Shown piece after piece: positions 20,343 to 30,324 of a DNA stretch of 64,000 nt (the stretch's first letter is position 1; every line of letters begins with the position of its first letter). This DNA is from a candidate division FCPU426 bacterium. GTDB lineage: Bacteria > Oederibacteriota > Muellerivitia > Muellerivitales > Muellerivitaceae. The stretch is taken from NCBI GenBank assembly GCA_963771075.1, contig CAVYSE010000007.1:1-64000 (forward strand), in the 5' to 3' direction. Position numbers and translations under genes: made by a program. Below the pieces are notes generated by a model that did not search any database, was not told where the DNA came from, and was given only the letters and a program-made list of their open reading frames with translations.

Positions 20343-21416
20343 TTGCCGGATCCATCAAAAACTGAAAAACCTACGCCGCATCGGATTAAAGAAGCGCGTG
20401 AACGCGGGCAGGTTGCTCGATCAATCGAAATTAATTCGGTGATGGTTTTACTCACTGGACTTCTCGTGATTCGCTATGCGGGTCCTTACATGGTGAATTC
20501 TTTGCGGGAGATCACAATCTTTTTTTACCAAAACATGAATACTCCATTAGGCTTAGAAAATATTTATACCTATGGAATATTCCTCATGGGTCGAACATTC
20601 CTTTTGCTTACGCCTGTATTAGGCGCCATTCTTTTTGTGGGGTTATTGGCAAATTATCTGCAAGTGGGGGTTTTATTCTCTCTCAAACCCCTTACCCCAA
20701 AGTTAAATAACATCAATCCTATTAATGGGTTTCAACGGTTGTTTTCAAGAAGATCATTGGTGGAATTTATCAAATCTGTTTTGAAACTTTTGATCATTGG
20801 AGGGATTGCCTTCGCCGGAGTGAAAGGCGCCTTGCCTAACTTGGTTCCTGCGATGGATATGGAAGGAACTGAGTCCTTAGCATTTGTTGGGTCTTTAGCT
20901 ATAGCTATTCTTAATAAGATCATTTTTGTACTATTGGTTCTGGCCGTTTTGGATTTTTTATATCAGAAATGGGATTATGAAGATAATTTGCGAATGTCTA
21001 AGCAAGAAATAAGGGACGAGTTTAGGCAAGCCGAAGGCGATCCAATGATCAAGGCCCGGATCCGCCAGATCCAGAGGGAAATGGCCCGAAGGAGAATGTT
21101 TGATTCGATTCCAAGAGCTGATGTAGTTGTCACGAATCCCACCCACGTGGCGGTTGCGTTGGAATATAAGGAAGGCATGCAAGCACCCGTTGTTTTAGCG
21201 AAGGGAGAAAGAGTAGTGGCGGAACGCATTAAAGAAATGGCCATGAAAAATGGAATTCCTATAGTTCAAAATCCACCCCTGGCACGAGCATTGCTAAAAT
21301 CGTGTCCAGTGGGCGCTTCTATTTCACCTGATTTGTTCGAGGCCGTTGCGGAAGTTTTGGCTTATGTTTACCGGTTAAATAAAAGGCAAACAAAAAGAAG
21401 AGAAACGGTGGTTTAA
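20343..21416 (+). CDS. flhB: Flagellar export switch protein FlhB
   Basis: KTEKPTP, EGDP.IK, autocleavage motif NPTH, AVAEVLAYVY. Confidence 0.98.
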   Translation: MPDPSKTEKPTPHRIKEARERGQVARSIEINSVMVLLTGLLVIRYAGPYMVNSLREITIFFYQNMNTPLGLENIYTYGIFLMGRTFLLLTPVLGAILFVGLLANYLQVGVLFSLKPLTPKLNNINPINGFQRLFSRRSLVEFIKSVLKLLIIGGIAFAGVKGALPNLVPAMDMEGTESLAFVGSLAIAILNKIIFVLLVLAVLDFLYQKWDYEDNLRMSKQEIRDEFRQAEGDPMIKARIRQIQREMARRRMFDSIPRADVVVTNPTHVAVALEYKEGMQAPVVLAKGERVVAERIKEMAMKNGIPIVQNPPLARALLKSCPVGASISPDLFEAVAEVLAYVYRLNKRQTKRRETVV

Positions 21417-21518
21417 CAATGGAAACCATTAAATTTCAATTAAGTAAGAATGATTAATATTTAATTTAAGGCTACAATACCAGTTCGCTAAGTATAGACA
21501 AATATTTGCGAGGGAAAG

Positions 21519-23600
21519 ATGCCCGAAGTCGTTACCATAAAAACTTTACAAGAAAAAAGTAGTTTAGCTATCGCTTTTGCTCTAGTCATGATCATTCTGA
21601 TGTTATTTATACCCCTGCCCAGCATCATTTTAGATGTTCTCATTTCATTTAATATTACCCTTGCGTTAGTAGTGGTGTTGGTCACGATGTACACTCTTGA
21701 ACCCTTGCAGTTTTCCATTTTCCCCACCTTGCTATTGATCACCACATTATTTCGATTGGCTTTGGAAGTATCCGCGACTCGATTAATCCTATTGCATGGA
21801 AACGAAGGTTCGGACGCTGCAGGTAAAGTGATTGAATCCATTGGTCAATTTGTAATCGGAGGAAGCCCGATTGTGGGTTTCGTCGTATTCCTAATTCTTA
21901 TCATTATTCAATTTGTGGTTATTACAAATGGCGCCCAACGTGTAGCGGAAGTGGCAGCGCGCTTTACTTTGGATGCGATGCCAGGGAAGCAAATGGCGAT
22001 TGACGCGGATTTGAATTCCGGGCTGATCACAGACGATCAGGCGCGAAAACGCCGCAAAGAGGTTGAACGAGAAGCTGACTTTTATGGAGCTATGGATGGA
22101 GCTAGTAAATTCGTTCGTGGGGACGCAATTGCGGCCATTATTATCGCTATAATTAATATTTTGGGTGGATTCGCAATGGGGTTTTATGTTGGCGGGCTTG
22201 GATGGGCTGACATTCTGACTCGATATACATTGCTTACCATTGGCGGTGGGTTGGCAACGCAAATTCCAGCGCTAATGCTCTCAACCGCTACAGGTATAGT
22301 CGTTACAAGAGCGGCATCGGAAAGCGATCTTGGGACGGATTTAATCAAACAGATTATTGCTCAACCGAGAGCCTTGTGGATAACCTCCGGTGTGATGTTC
22401 TTTTTTGGGATTTTCCCTGGAATGCCCCATGTTGCATTTATATTGATCTCGGTTATTTCGGGTGGCCTGGCTTATTATTTACGGAGTGTTCTGCAGGCGG
22501 AAATGGAAGAGTTGGAAAAAATAAAACAAACCGTTCCCGAAAAGAAAAAAGAACCAGAAAATGTTACTTCTTTATTACAGGTAGATCATTTAGAGGTCGA
22601 AATAGGGTACAGTTTGATCCCATTGGTGGATGAGGCGCAGGGTGGGGATTTATTAGAACGAATTACCGGTATCCGGAGGCAAATGGCGGGGGACCTAGGT
22701 TTAGTCGTTCCGCCGATACGAATTCGAGACAATATGCAGCTTCAACCATCCGAGTACATGATCAAATTAAAAGGTGTTGAAGTGTCCCGTTGGAAAATTA
22801 TGCCAGGACACCTTTTGGCCATGTCCACCGGACCCGATATGCCTAAGATTCCCGGTATTCCGACCAAAGAACCTACTTTTAATTTATCCGCTTATTGGAT
22901 TACGGATGAAGAAAAGGCCCAGGCGGAACAAATCGGATACTCAGTTGTGGATGCATCGACGGTCATCGCGACTCACTTGACAGAAATTATCCGCAATTAC
23001 GCCCATGAATTCTTAACTCGCCAAAGCGTTTCCAAACTTTTAGATCAAGTAAAAAAAGAATCTCCTGCCGTTGTTGATGAAATGGTACCCAGCCAACTTT
23101 CCTTAGGGGATTTGCAGAAGATTCTCCAAAATCTTTTGAAAGAGCACCTACCTATACGCGATATGGAAAGCATATTGGAGGCTGTCGCGGATCACATTAA
23201 AGAAACAAAAGATATCCAAATATTAACGGAGTACGCCAGACGTTCTTTAGCCCGATCGATTACAAAACAACATATTTCTCCCGATGGAAAAGTTTACGCT
23301 TTGACCTTGGATCCTAGGTTTGAAAAAACAATTATGGACTCGGTGCAAGCTGCGGAATCCGGGAATACTGCTGCGTTGGATCCGCGACTGCTGCAAACTA
23401 TGTTTCGAAGTCTTTCAAACGGTATTGAAAAGATGGCACAGCAAAGCCATCAACCCTTGGTCCTTTGTTCTGCGAATGTTCGGCCCTATTTTAAAAAAAT
23501 GATTGAAAGATTCATTCCTCATTTGACTGTTCTTTCCTTCAATGAGCTATTACCACGAACCGAAATACAATCGGTAGGCGCCATCGAGGCCAATGGATGA
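21519..23600 (+). CDS. flhA: Flagellar export protein FlhA
   Basis: RVAEVAARFTLDAMPGKQMAIDADL and FYGAMDGASKFVRGDA. Confidence 0.98.
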   Translation: MPEVVTIKTLQEKSSLAIAFALVMIILMLFIPLPSIILDVLISFNITLALVVVLVTMYTLEPLQFSIFPTLLLITTLFRLALEVSATRLILLHGNEGSDAAGKVIESIGQFVIGGSPIVGFVVFLILIIIQFVVITNGAQRVAEVAARFTLDAMPGKQMAIDADLNSGLITDDQARKRRKEVEREADFYGAMDGASKFVRGDAIAAIIIAIINILGGFAMGFYVGGLGWADILTRYTLLTIGGGLATQIPALMLSTATGIVVTRAASESDLGTDLIKQIIAQPRALWITSGVMFFFGIFPGMPHVAFILISVISGGLAYYLRSVLQAEMEELEKIKQTVPEKKKEPENVTSLLQVDHLEVEIGYSLIPLVDEAQGGDLLERITGIRRQMAGDLGLVVPPIRIRDNMQLQPSEYMIKLKGVEVSRWKIMPGHLLAMSTGPDMPKIPGIPTKEPTFNLSAYWITDEEKAQAEQIGYSVVDASTVIATHLTEIIRNYAHEFLTRQSVSKLLDQVKKESPAVVDEMVPSQLSLGDLQKILQNLLKEHLPIRDMESILEAVADHIKETKDIQILTEYARRSLARSITKQHISPDGKVYALTLDPRFEKTIMDSVQAAESGNTAALDPRLLQTMFRSLSNGIEKMAQQSHQPLVLCSANVRPYFKKMIERFIPHLTVLSFNELLPRTEIQSVGAIEANG

Positions 23601-24790
23601 GAATCAAGCGCTACGAAGCACCCACTATTCAAGAAGCCCTTATGAAAGTAAAGAAGGATTTGGGGCCTGAAGCGGTCATTTTATACACGAAAACTTTCCG
23701 AAAAGGCGGGGTGTTGGGACTTTTTGGAAAACTCGTGGCCGAAATTACAGCGGGGGTTGAACTTAATTTAATGGATGATATGGCCAAGCGGAAAGGCGCA
23801 ACCGCAACAGCCCCGCCTATTTTGGAGCGCAATGAAATTCCATTGTCTCGCACCGTATCTACTGGACCTGGCCGCTCCATTGGCACATTGGATCCTGCTC
23901 GCACTAAGGTGAAGGCTCTTCAACGAGAGCTAAATGAAATGAAAACATCAAGTGTTGCCAATTTGATCAAGGAAATGCAAAAACCTGACAACGGAACCAT
24001 CCTTTCGGATGGATACAATCGGCTGAAGAAAAAGTTATCAAAGCAGGAAGTCGAGGAATTTTTTATCCAAAAAATCATCAAGGGGATGATTCAAGAGAAA
24101 ATTGATCCGGAAAATCATGGTGAAGTTTTTGCCTGGTTGAACCGACAGGTGGCTTCTTCTTTGAAAATAGCAGCGCCCCTGTCTTTTACGGGATTTCAAA
24201 AGATTATTGCTTTTGTTGGGCCAACAGGAGTTGGAAAAACGACGACTTTGGCAAAATTGGCCGCTCGCTTTAGTTTGGTAGAAGGAAAAAGAGTTGCAAT
24301 GATCACGGCGGATACCTATCGCATAGCGGCAACCGAACAATTGCGGACCTATGGACGGATCATGGGGATCCCGGTGGAGGTTGCAAATGGGGTGGATGAA
24401 ATAGGAACGGTGATAGCCCGCCATAAAAATATGGATTTAATCCTATTGGATACGGCCGGACGCAGCCCCTCGAACGAAGAACAAATGGAAGAACTTAAGC
24501 AATTTATAGGTAAAAGCCATGCGGATGAAATCCATTTGGTATTGTCTGCAACTACAAAATATCTAGATATGATCCGAATTATCGAACGTTTTGGTATTGC
24601 CGTTCCTTTGAATCGAATGATTTTTACAAAATTGGATGAAACGCGGTATTACGGGGCGTTATTAAATCTAATGAACAATTTTCAAATTCCTCTTGCTTAT
24701 TATTCAACGGGTCAAAACGTTCCTGATGACTTAGAAGTGCCTCAAATCCCAGTAGTGTCGGAAAGAATTACTATGGCTTTGTTGGGCTGA
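23597..24790 (+). CDS. flhF: Flagellar biosynthesis SRP-family GTPase FlhF
   Basis: GPTGVGKTTT, DTYRIAA, DTAGRS, TKLDE, GQNVPDDL. Confidence 0.96.
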   Translation: MRIKRYEAPTIQEALMKVKKDLGPEAVILYTKTFRKGGVLGLFGKLVAEITAGVELNLMDDMAKRKGATATAPPILERNEIPLSRTVSTGPGRSIGTLDPARTKVKALQRELNEMKTSSVANLIKEMQKPDNGTILSDGYNRLKKKLSKQEVEEFFIQKIIKGMIQEKIDPENHGEVFAWLNRQVASSLKIAAPLSFTGFQKIIAFVGPTGVGKTTTLAKLAARFSLVEGKRVAMITADTYRIAATEQLRTYGRIMGIPVEVANGVDEIGTVIARHKNMDLILLDTAGRSPSNEEQMEELKQFIGKSHADEIHLVLSATTKYLDMIRIIERFGIAVPLNRMIFTKLDETRYYGALLNLMNNFQIPLAYYSTGQNVPDDLEVPQIPVVSERITMALLG

Positions 24791-24803
24791 AGAAAGGGTT
24801 TTC

Positions 24804-25709
24804 ATGCAGGATCAAGCCGAAAAACTTCGTCAATTAGTAGGGAAGTTAAATACCCAAGAGATCCCTGCTTTTTTAGCCCCGCCTAGTGGGCTGTGTCGAA
24901 TCGTGGCGGTGACAAGCGGAAAGGGTGGGGTTGGTAAAACGAATATTTCCGTCAATTTTGGACTTTTACTGGCTAAAAAAGACAGGCGTGTTTTACTGAT
25001 GGATGCCGATATGGGATTGGCGAACGTGGATGTCATGATGGGAATTATTCCTCCACATACCCTGGCCGATGTTTTAAATGGTAAAAAGCGTCTTTCAGAA
25101 ATCATACTCAAAGGGCCGCTGGGGTTGAGATTGGTGGCATCCGGGTCAGGTGGTGTTCAAGAGCTGGCTGAATTAACCGAAATTCAAAGGAACCGATTCC
25201 TTCAAGACCTTTTGGAGCTTCAAAACCAAGAGGAGGTCATTTTAATAGATACGGGCGCTGGCCTTCATCGCAATGTCTTGGCATTTGTTTTAGCCGCAGA
25301 TGAAGTGATTGTGGTAACCACCCCTGAACCCACCGCTTTGATGGACGCCTACGGAATGATCAAGACGATATATCGCGAGAAAAAGAACGCTAAAATCTCG
25401 GTGGTTGTCAATATGGCATCTACGGTTTCCGAGGGAAATGAAGCGGGAAGAAAGTTAGTTATTCTTTCTAAACGATTTTTATCGTTGGAAATCGCTTATT
25501 TAGGATCTGTCCCTCGAGACATGGGGATGGTAAGGGCCGTTAAAGAGCAAAAACCAATTATTCTTTCGTCTCCATTGAGTCCAGCGGCTCTTAGCATGAC
25601 CCGAATCGCTGATGCCTATTTCTCTGGTAAAATGGCCGCAAGTGAGGGGAACCTCACTCAGTTTTTTAAGAAAGTCACCCTGCTTTTTGGAGGGAATAAC
25701 CCTTCTTAA
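24804..25709 (+). CDS. flhG: Flagellar number regulator FlhG/FleN (MinD-like ATPase)
   Basis: MQDQAEKLR, SGKGGVGKT, DADMGLANVD, TPEPTALMDAY. Confidence 0.94.
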   Translation: MQDQAEKLRQLVGKLNTQEIPAFLAPPSGLCRIVAVTSGKGGVGKTNISVNFGLLLAKKDRRVLLMDADMGLANVDVMMGIIPPHTLADVLNGKKRLSEIILKGPLGLRLVASGSGGVQELAELTEIQRNRFLQDLLELQNQEEVILIDTGAGLHRNVLAFVLAADEVIVVTTPEPTALMDAYGMIKTIYREKKNAKISVVVNMASTVSEGNEAGRKLVILSKRFLSLEIAYLGSVPRDMGMVRAVKEQKPIILSSPLSPAALSMTRIADAYFSGKMAASEGNLTQFFKKVTLLFGGNNPS

Positions 25710-25795
25710 GTCGTGATACCTATTCCAGGAGTCGTTACAAATTTTTTGATTTCAAAATTGAAGTGAAATAGAAAATTTAAGGTTAGGAGAAACAA

Positions 25796-26206
25796 ATGGC
25801 AGATCAAAATAAAGGAAAACAATTTTATGAATTGACTCGAGAAAAGCCATACGGTCTTTTTCATATGATTTTAGTCGGCGGGACGGCATGCGCAGTCCTG
25901 GCTTTTTTGATCGTGTCTTTGGTCGGGACTTATGAAGGTTTGGCAATGGATTCGATCATTCTAGGATTCCTAGCGGCGGTTCTTTTGGGGTTTTTGGTGG
26001 GAGGTTTGTTGACTTGGTTGGCGATTCAATATATCAGCCCCATCGTGGAACGCATGGATCACGAGAAAGAAATCCCGGTCCCTGAGACAACCATCAATGA
26101 ATCGGTTGGCCCTTTGGAAGGTCCATCCCCTTCAGAGGAATCGGAAGATAAAGGCCAATCAGTCGATTTTGTGTTTCCGGAAATATCACCGGATCAGCAA
26201 AGCTAG
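25796..26206 (+). CDS. Hypothetical two-TM membrane protein with acidic tail
   Basis: AGGAG RBS, two hydrophobic helices; lies between flhG and fliA. Confidence 0.7.
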   Translation: MADQNKGKQFYELTREKPYGLFHMILVGGTACAVLAFLIVSLVGTYEGLAMDSIILGFLAAVLLGFLVGGLLTWLAIQYISPIVERMDHEKEIPVPETTINESVGPLEGPSPSEESEDKGQSVDFVFPEISPDQQS

Positions 26207-26216
26207 CGTCTTCTAA

Positions 26217-27059
26217 ATGACACAAGAGAAAAATTTAAAGGAGGTCTGGGCAAAATACTTAATAAATAAAAAGGATCCTGAATCCAGGGATATTCTCGCC
26301 CAAAATTATCTTTTTCTTGTGGACGCTGAAGCCCGAAGATTATTAGCCCGTTTACCTGCGAGGGTTTATTGGGAAAAAAAAGATGACTTGGCATCGGCGG
26401 GAGCAATTGGTTTATTGAAGGCCCTTGATCTTTTTAATCCGCCGATTGAAAAAAAAGACGACCCGGGTAGAGCTTTTGAGGCTTACTCGCGGTATCGCAT
26501 TCGCGGCCAAATGGTTGACGAGCTACGGGGTATGGATTTTGCGCGCCGCAATCTTCGAAAACAGGCACGACTTATTCAAGAGGCGGAAAAAAAGATAGAA
26601 CTTAAATTTCAACGATTTCCTCAACCTGAGGAGATAGCCAAGGCCTTAGGTGTGGATTTGGAAGTGTTTTATGATTGGGTGGCAGAAATAAATATGCTGA
26701 ACCTGCTGTCCCTTGATGCGGAAATACAGGGTTTAGGGGATGCCGGATCCTGGGCTGAAACATTGCCGGACGATAAAGCAGAGAATCCGCTTGATAAAGT
26801 GGAGATTCAGGAGAAAATTGATCAGGTTACCCAAGCCTTGAAAAAATTGGGCGAAACAGAACAAAAGGTTTTGCAACTTTACTACATGGAAACCTTGACG
26901 TTTAAAGAAATTGGAAGGGTTCTTCGGGTCAGCGAATCAAGGGTTTGTCAAATTCACCATATGGCAGTATTTCGTTTACAGGAACTTGTTGAAGGAGGAA
27001 AGGCCCATGGCAGTCACCAAGGATATGAACGGCTACATGACTATAACTACCGAAAATGA
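26217..27059 (+). CDS. fliA: RNA polymerase sigma28 factor FliA/WhiG
   Basis: DDL.SAG.IGL, YSRYRIRGQMVDELR, LTFKEIG.VL.VSESRVCQIH. Confidence 0.95.
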   Translation: MTQEKNLKEVWAKYLINKKDPESRDILAQNYLFLVDAEARRLLARLPARVYWEKKDDLASAGAIGLLKALDLFNPPIEKKDDPGRAFEAYSRYRIRGQMVDELRGMDFARRNLRKQARLIQEAEKKIELKFQRFPQPEEIAKALGVDLEVFYDWVAEINMLNLLSLDAEIQGLGDAGSWAETLPDDKAENPLDKVEIQEKIDQVTQALKKLGETEQKVLQLYYMETLTFKEIGRVLRVSESRVCQIHHMAVFRLQELVEGGKAHGSHQGYERLHDYNYRK

Positions 27060-28698
27060 CGGGACTTATTTGACTGTTTTCCCTCCTTCGGGAAAAGGGG
27101 TAAAGATCACCCTGGAAGACGTTAAAAAAGAGCTAATGAAAAGCAAGGTAAACCCCGATAACCCCGTTATGCTGACTCAAATTGTTTCACAGGCCAATGG
27201 AAAGCCCCAAAAAATAGTGAATCAAAAAGTCGCCACATCGCCTGGTCAGGACCAAGTATTTGTTGAAATAAGTGATGATGAAATGTCGGCCAAATTGACC
27301 GTCGTCCCTCCACAGTCAGATTCAGGGCAATTCTCGACCATTGATGATGTCCGGGAGGTTTTAAATCGCCGGAACGTTGTTTATGGAATCGATGAAACCC
27401 GCATGTCGGAAGTTGCCGCAAAGTTAACCCAATTGACCTCTTCCAAGAATATTTCTGAACCGATTGAGATTGAAATTGCCTTTGGAACACCCGTGACGAA
27501 TGGGGAGGATGCCAGGGTTGAGTATCTGTATAAAAAGACCGAAGAAACTGAAAAGCAAGCTCCGGTCCTTGAGGAAACCGAGGATGGCCGCGTCGATTAC
27601 CGGGCAGTTCATAAAATTGACAATATTTTAAAAGGGACGGTTTTAGCTCGAAAAATTCCACCCACTAAGGGTGTGTCGGGAATGACCGTCACTGGGAAAG
27701 CCATCGAGGCCAAGGATGGACAGGACATCGATGTACAGGCCGGCAAGGGTGTGGTGGTATCCCCCGAGAATAAGGATGAATGGTTAGCGGATAGTGACGG
27801 CCAAGTGATAGTTAAGGATAATAAAATTTCGGTAATGGCTCTTTATGAGATACCTGGAGATGTCAATTTGTCCACCGGTAATCTTGATTTCATTGGAACT
27901 GTTATCGTACGGGGCGATATCAAGGATGGGTTTAAAGTTTTTGCGGGGGAAGACTTGATTGTGAATGGGGTAGTGGAGGGTGCAGAATTAAAATGCGGTG
28001 GGAAACTGACGATCGTCGGCGGTGTCAGCGGGAATGATAAGGGGAAAATTGTTTGCCAAAGCGATGCAAATATAAAGTATATCCGTAACTCGATTGTTGA
28101 AGTCGGTGGAAATTTGTCCACTTCGCAAGCAATTATGCATAGTAAGGTGACGGTAGGTGGAAAGGTCACTGTGGCCGGGAAAAAAGGGGTCGTTGTGGGA
28201 GGCCAGGTGATTGCCGGGATTGAAGTGAACGCCGCTTCAATGGGGTCTAATTTCGCTACCCCGACCGAAATCATCGTGGGCGAGGCTATCGGGCTCAGGG
28301 ATGAGATCCAAAAAACGGATGTGGAATTAAAAGCCTCGGTTGAAAATCTGGATAAGACCAAGAAGGGAATACAGTTCCTTAAGGATCTCCAAACAAAAAT
28401 GGGCGGTAATCTGCCTCCTGACAAAAAAGAATTGCTTACCAAGTTGACCCGCGCCCAATTTAAACTGATGGCGGATACCAAAGCTCTTGTGGAGAAAAAA
28501 CAGGAACTTGAAAAGATCGATCAACAGGGAGCGGAAGAAAGACACCGGCTAGCAAAAGTGACGTGCATGGGAGTGATTCACACGGGGGTTAAAATAACGA
28601 TTAACAAAGCGTCCCGGCAAGTTTCCGAAGAATTGAAATATTGTACGCTGACCGAGTCCGATGGTGAGGTGAAGGTGGGTCCGTACAGGGGTAATTAA
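27007..28698 (+). CDS. FapA-family (DUF342) flagellar assembly protein
   Basis: GRVDYR, KIPPTKG..G.TVTG, GDVNLSTGNLDF.G.V.V.G beta-helix motifs. ATG at 27007 has an AGGAGG RBS and overlaps the fliA end. Confidence 0.9.
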   Translation: MAVTKDMNGYMTITTENDGTYLTVFPPSGKGVKITLEDVKKELMKSKVNPDNPVMLTQIVSQANGKPQKIVNQKVATSPGQDQVFVEISDDEMSAKLTVVPPQSDSGQFSTIDDVREVLNRRNVVYGIDETRMSEVAAKLTQLTSSKNISEPIEIEIAFGTPVTNGEDARVEYLYKKTEETEKQAPVLEETEDGRVDYRAVHKIDNILKGTVLARKIPPTKGVSGMTVTGKAIEAKDGQDIDVQAGKGVVVSPENKDEWLADSDGQVIVKDNKISVMALYEIPGDVNLSTGNLDFIGTVIVRGDIKDGFKVFAGEDLIVNGVVEGAELKCGGKLTIVGGVSGNDKGKIVCQSDANIKYIRNSIVEVGGNLSTSQAIMHSKVTVGGKVTVAGKKGVVVGGQVIAGIEVNAASMGSNFATPTEIIVGEAIGLRDEIQKTDVELKASVENLDKTKKGIQFLKDLQTKMGGNLPPDKKELLTKLTRAQFKLMADTKALVEKKQELEKIDQQGAEERHRLAKVTCMGVIHTGVKITINKASRQVSEELKYCTLTESDGEVKVGPYRGN

Positions 28699-28734
28699 TA
28701 ACGTCACATGCTTGATTTTAATTAAAGGTGCCTA

Positions 28735-29319
28735 GTGAGCCTTTTCAATGTTCTTCAATTATTATTTGATGCGTTTATTCTATTCGGAATTTTATTTTTG
28801 TTTAATTATTCCGTTAGCCAAACCCGAAAAAAAGAAGATGATCTTGAAATTGTAAAAAGCGCCCAAGCCCAAGAAATCAGAGAGCAGCTTCAGGAACTGT
28901 TGCTGACCCTGAAACAATTGGGAAATGAAGTTTCCGATAACATTCAAAAAGAGGTTCGTGAGGCAGAAGGAAAAACCGATTCGTTGCAAAAATTATTACG
29001 CAAGGTTCAAAAAGAGCTTGATGAAAGGGAGAAATTTCAGGTTGACGGCATTAAGCCCGTCAATTCGGTGAAAGGCCCAACCCCCAAAAAACGCAAAATC
29101 GAATCCGAAAAGGCTATTCTTCCAAGCGATGAACCTAATCTTGAGGAAAATACGGAAACGGGCATGTTCGGCCTATCCTCTGAAATAGTTCGGGAAGTCT
29201 ATCGTTTGGTAGATGAAGATAATGATATAAAAACAATTTGCGAAATGACATTGTTGAGTCGAGCAGAAATTCAGTTGATTTTGAATTTACGGGGGAATCG
29301 ATTTACGACACCAAATTGA
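28735..29319 (+). CDS. Hypothetical flagella-associated protein (TM + coiled coil + C-terminal HTH-like, DUF2802/DUF6115-like)
   Basis: N-terminal TM, coiled coil, VYRL.DE....I.....LSRAEIQLILNL. Confidence 0.65.
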   Translation: MSLFNVLQLLFDAFILFGILFLFNYSVSQTRKKEDDLEIVKSAQAQEIREQLQELLLTLKQLGNEVSDNIQKEVREAEGKTDSLQKLLRKVQKELDEREKFQVDGIKPVNSVKGPTPKKRKIESEKAILPSDEPNLEENTETGMFGLSSEIVREVYRLVDEDNDIKTICEMTLLSRAEIQLILNLRGNRFTTPN

Positions 29320-29349
29320 ACAATCGCTTTGTTTTGGGGTTATCTGGTC

Positions 29350-29988
29350 ATGGATAAAATAAGCAACCCAAATCCATTGGTGCCTGATTCGGGACTTAAC
29401 GTACAAAATCTGCCCAGAGATTTCAGGGATGGTGATACGGGGTTAATCGGTGCGGTATTAGCTTCTGGGACTTACTTAACGGTTTTACGGGATGGTACTA
29501 AAGTCAAGGTGAAGGGGCCGTTGGGATTGGAAGTTGGAAATCCTGTGAGGGTATTTCTTTCCCCGGCTGATTCAACGGCAGGGGTGAAAGGGAGTATACC
29601 CAGGACTTTGCTTTTGGAAAGTGAAGCGATATTGGCCTTGACCGCCCTGCTTCCGTTAGCGTTTGGTGGGAACGGTGCTAAGGCTAAAATTGAAGTTTAT
29701 ACTCCTAAGGAAAAAGTAAACACAAATAAAAAAAAAGTTATTTATTTCATAATTGCCCTCACTACAGAGCGTTTGGGCGATTTACAATGGAGCATTCATT
29801 TGTGGGGGAGGAACGCTGAAATTCAGCTTTTTTGTGGTGGAAAAAAGAATGAAAACGATATTCGAAATCTTCTGCTTGAGGTCGAAAACTCGGTTCGAAA
29901 GGCGGGATTTCTTTTAACAGGATCCGTCCAAAGGCTCGACGGGCCTTTTCAAGTCCCTCAGGGTTTTAGACTTGATTGGATGGCTTGA
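29350..29988 (+). CDS. Hypothetical protein with FliK-like C-terminal domain (YlqG-like)
   Basis: FIIALTTERLGDLQWSIHL resembles the Flg_hook/T3S4 domain; precedes the flhB-like gene. Start uncertain (29329 or 29350). Confidence 0.6.
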   Translation: MDKISNPNPLVPDSGLNVQNLPRDFRDGDTGLIGAVLASGTYLTVLRDGTKVKVKGPLGLEVGNPVRVFLSPADSTAGVKGSIPRTLLLESEAILALTALLPLAFGGNGAKAKIEVYTPKEKVNTNKKKVIYFIIALTTERLGDLQWSIHLWGRNAEIQLFCGGKKNENDIRNLLLEVENSVRKAGFLLTGSVQRLDGPFQVPQGFRLDWMA

Positions 29989-30284
29989 ATTTGAAAGCTG
30001 CACCAAGAAAGAAAAATCCACGCAAAGCCGCAGTCGCCTTGAAATACGACCGAGCGACCATGATTGCGCCTCGTGTTGTCGCAAAAGGGCAGGGATTAGT
30101 AGCGGAAAGGTTAATCGAACTAGCAAGGAAAAACGGTGTTCCGGTCGTTGAAGATAAATTGTTGATTGACATGCTGGATTCTTTGAACATAAACCAGGAG
30201 ATTCCTGGTGAGCTTTATCAAGTAGTGGCTGAAATATTGGTTGCGGTTTACCGCGCGGAAACCGCTCGTAAAGCGAAGCTTTAG
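29976..30284 (+). CDS. FlhB C-terminal-like protein (EscU/YscU/HrcU family, FlhX/YlqH)
   Basis: AVALKYD....APRVVAKGQGLVAERLI and EIPGELYQVVAEIL. Confidence 0.92.
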   Translation: MDGLNLKAAPRKKNPRKAAVALKYDRATMIAPRVVAKGQGLVAERLIELARKNGVPVVEDKLLIDMLDSLNINQEIPGELYQVVAEILVAVYRAETARKAKL

Positions 30285-30324
30285 AGATTAAATTTCTTAA
30301 TTGCTGTTCGTAACGAGGAAATGA

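Noticed and set aside
11731..23600. Non-flagellar type III injectisome
   Set aside because: Export genes sit with MotAB, FliG/M, rod, hook and P/L-ring genes; no secretin or needle genes seen.
26911..27006. Upstream start extensions in the ORF track for the FapA gene (26911), and likewise flgM (39520) and flbD (50735)
   Set aside because: Better RBS or family-consistent starts lie downstream (27007, 39613, 50753).
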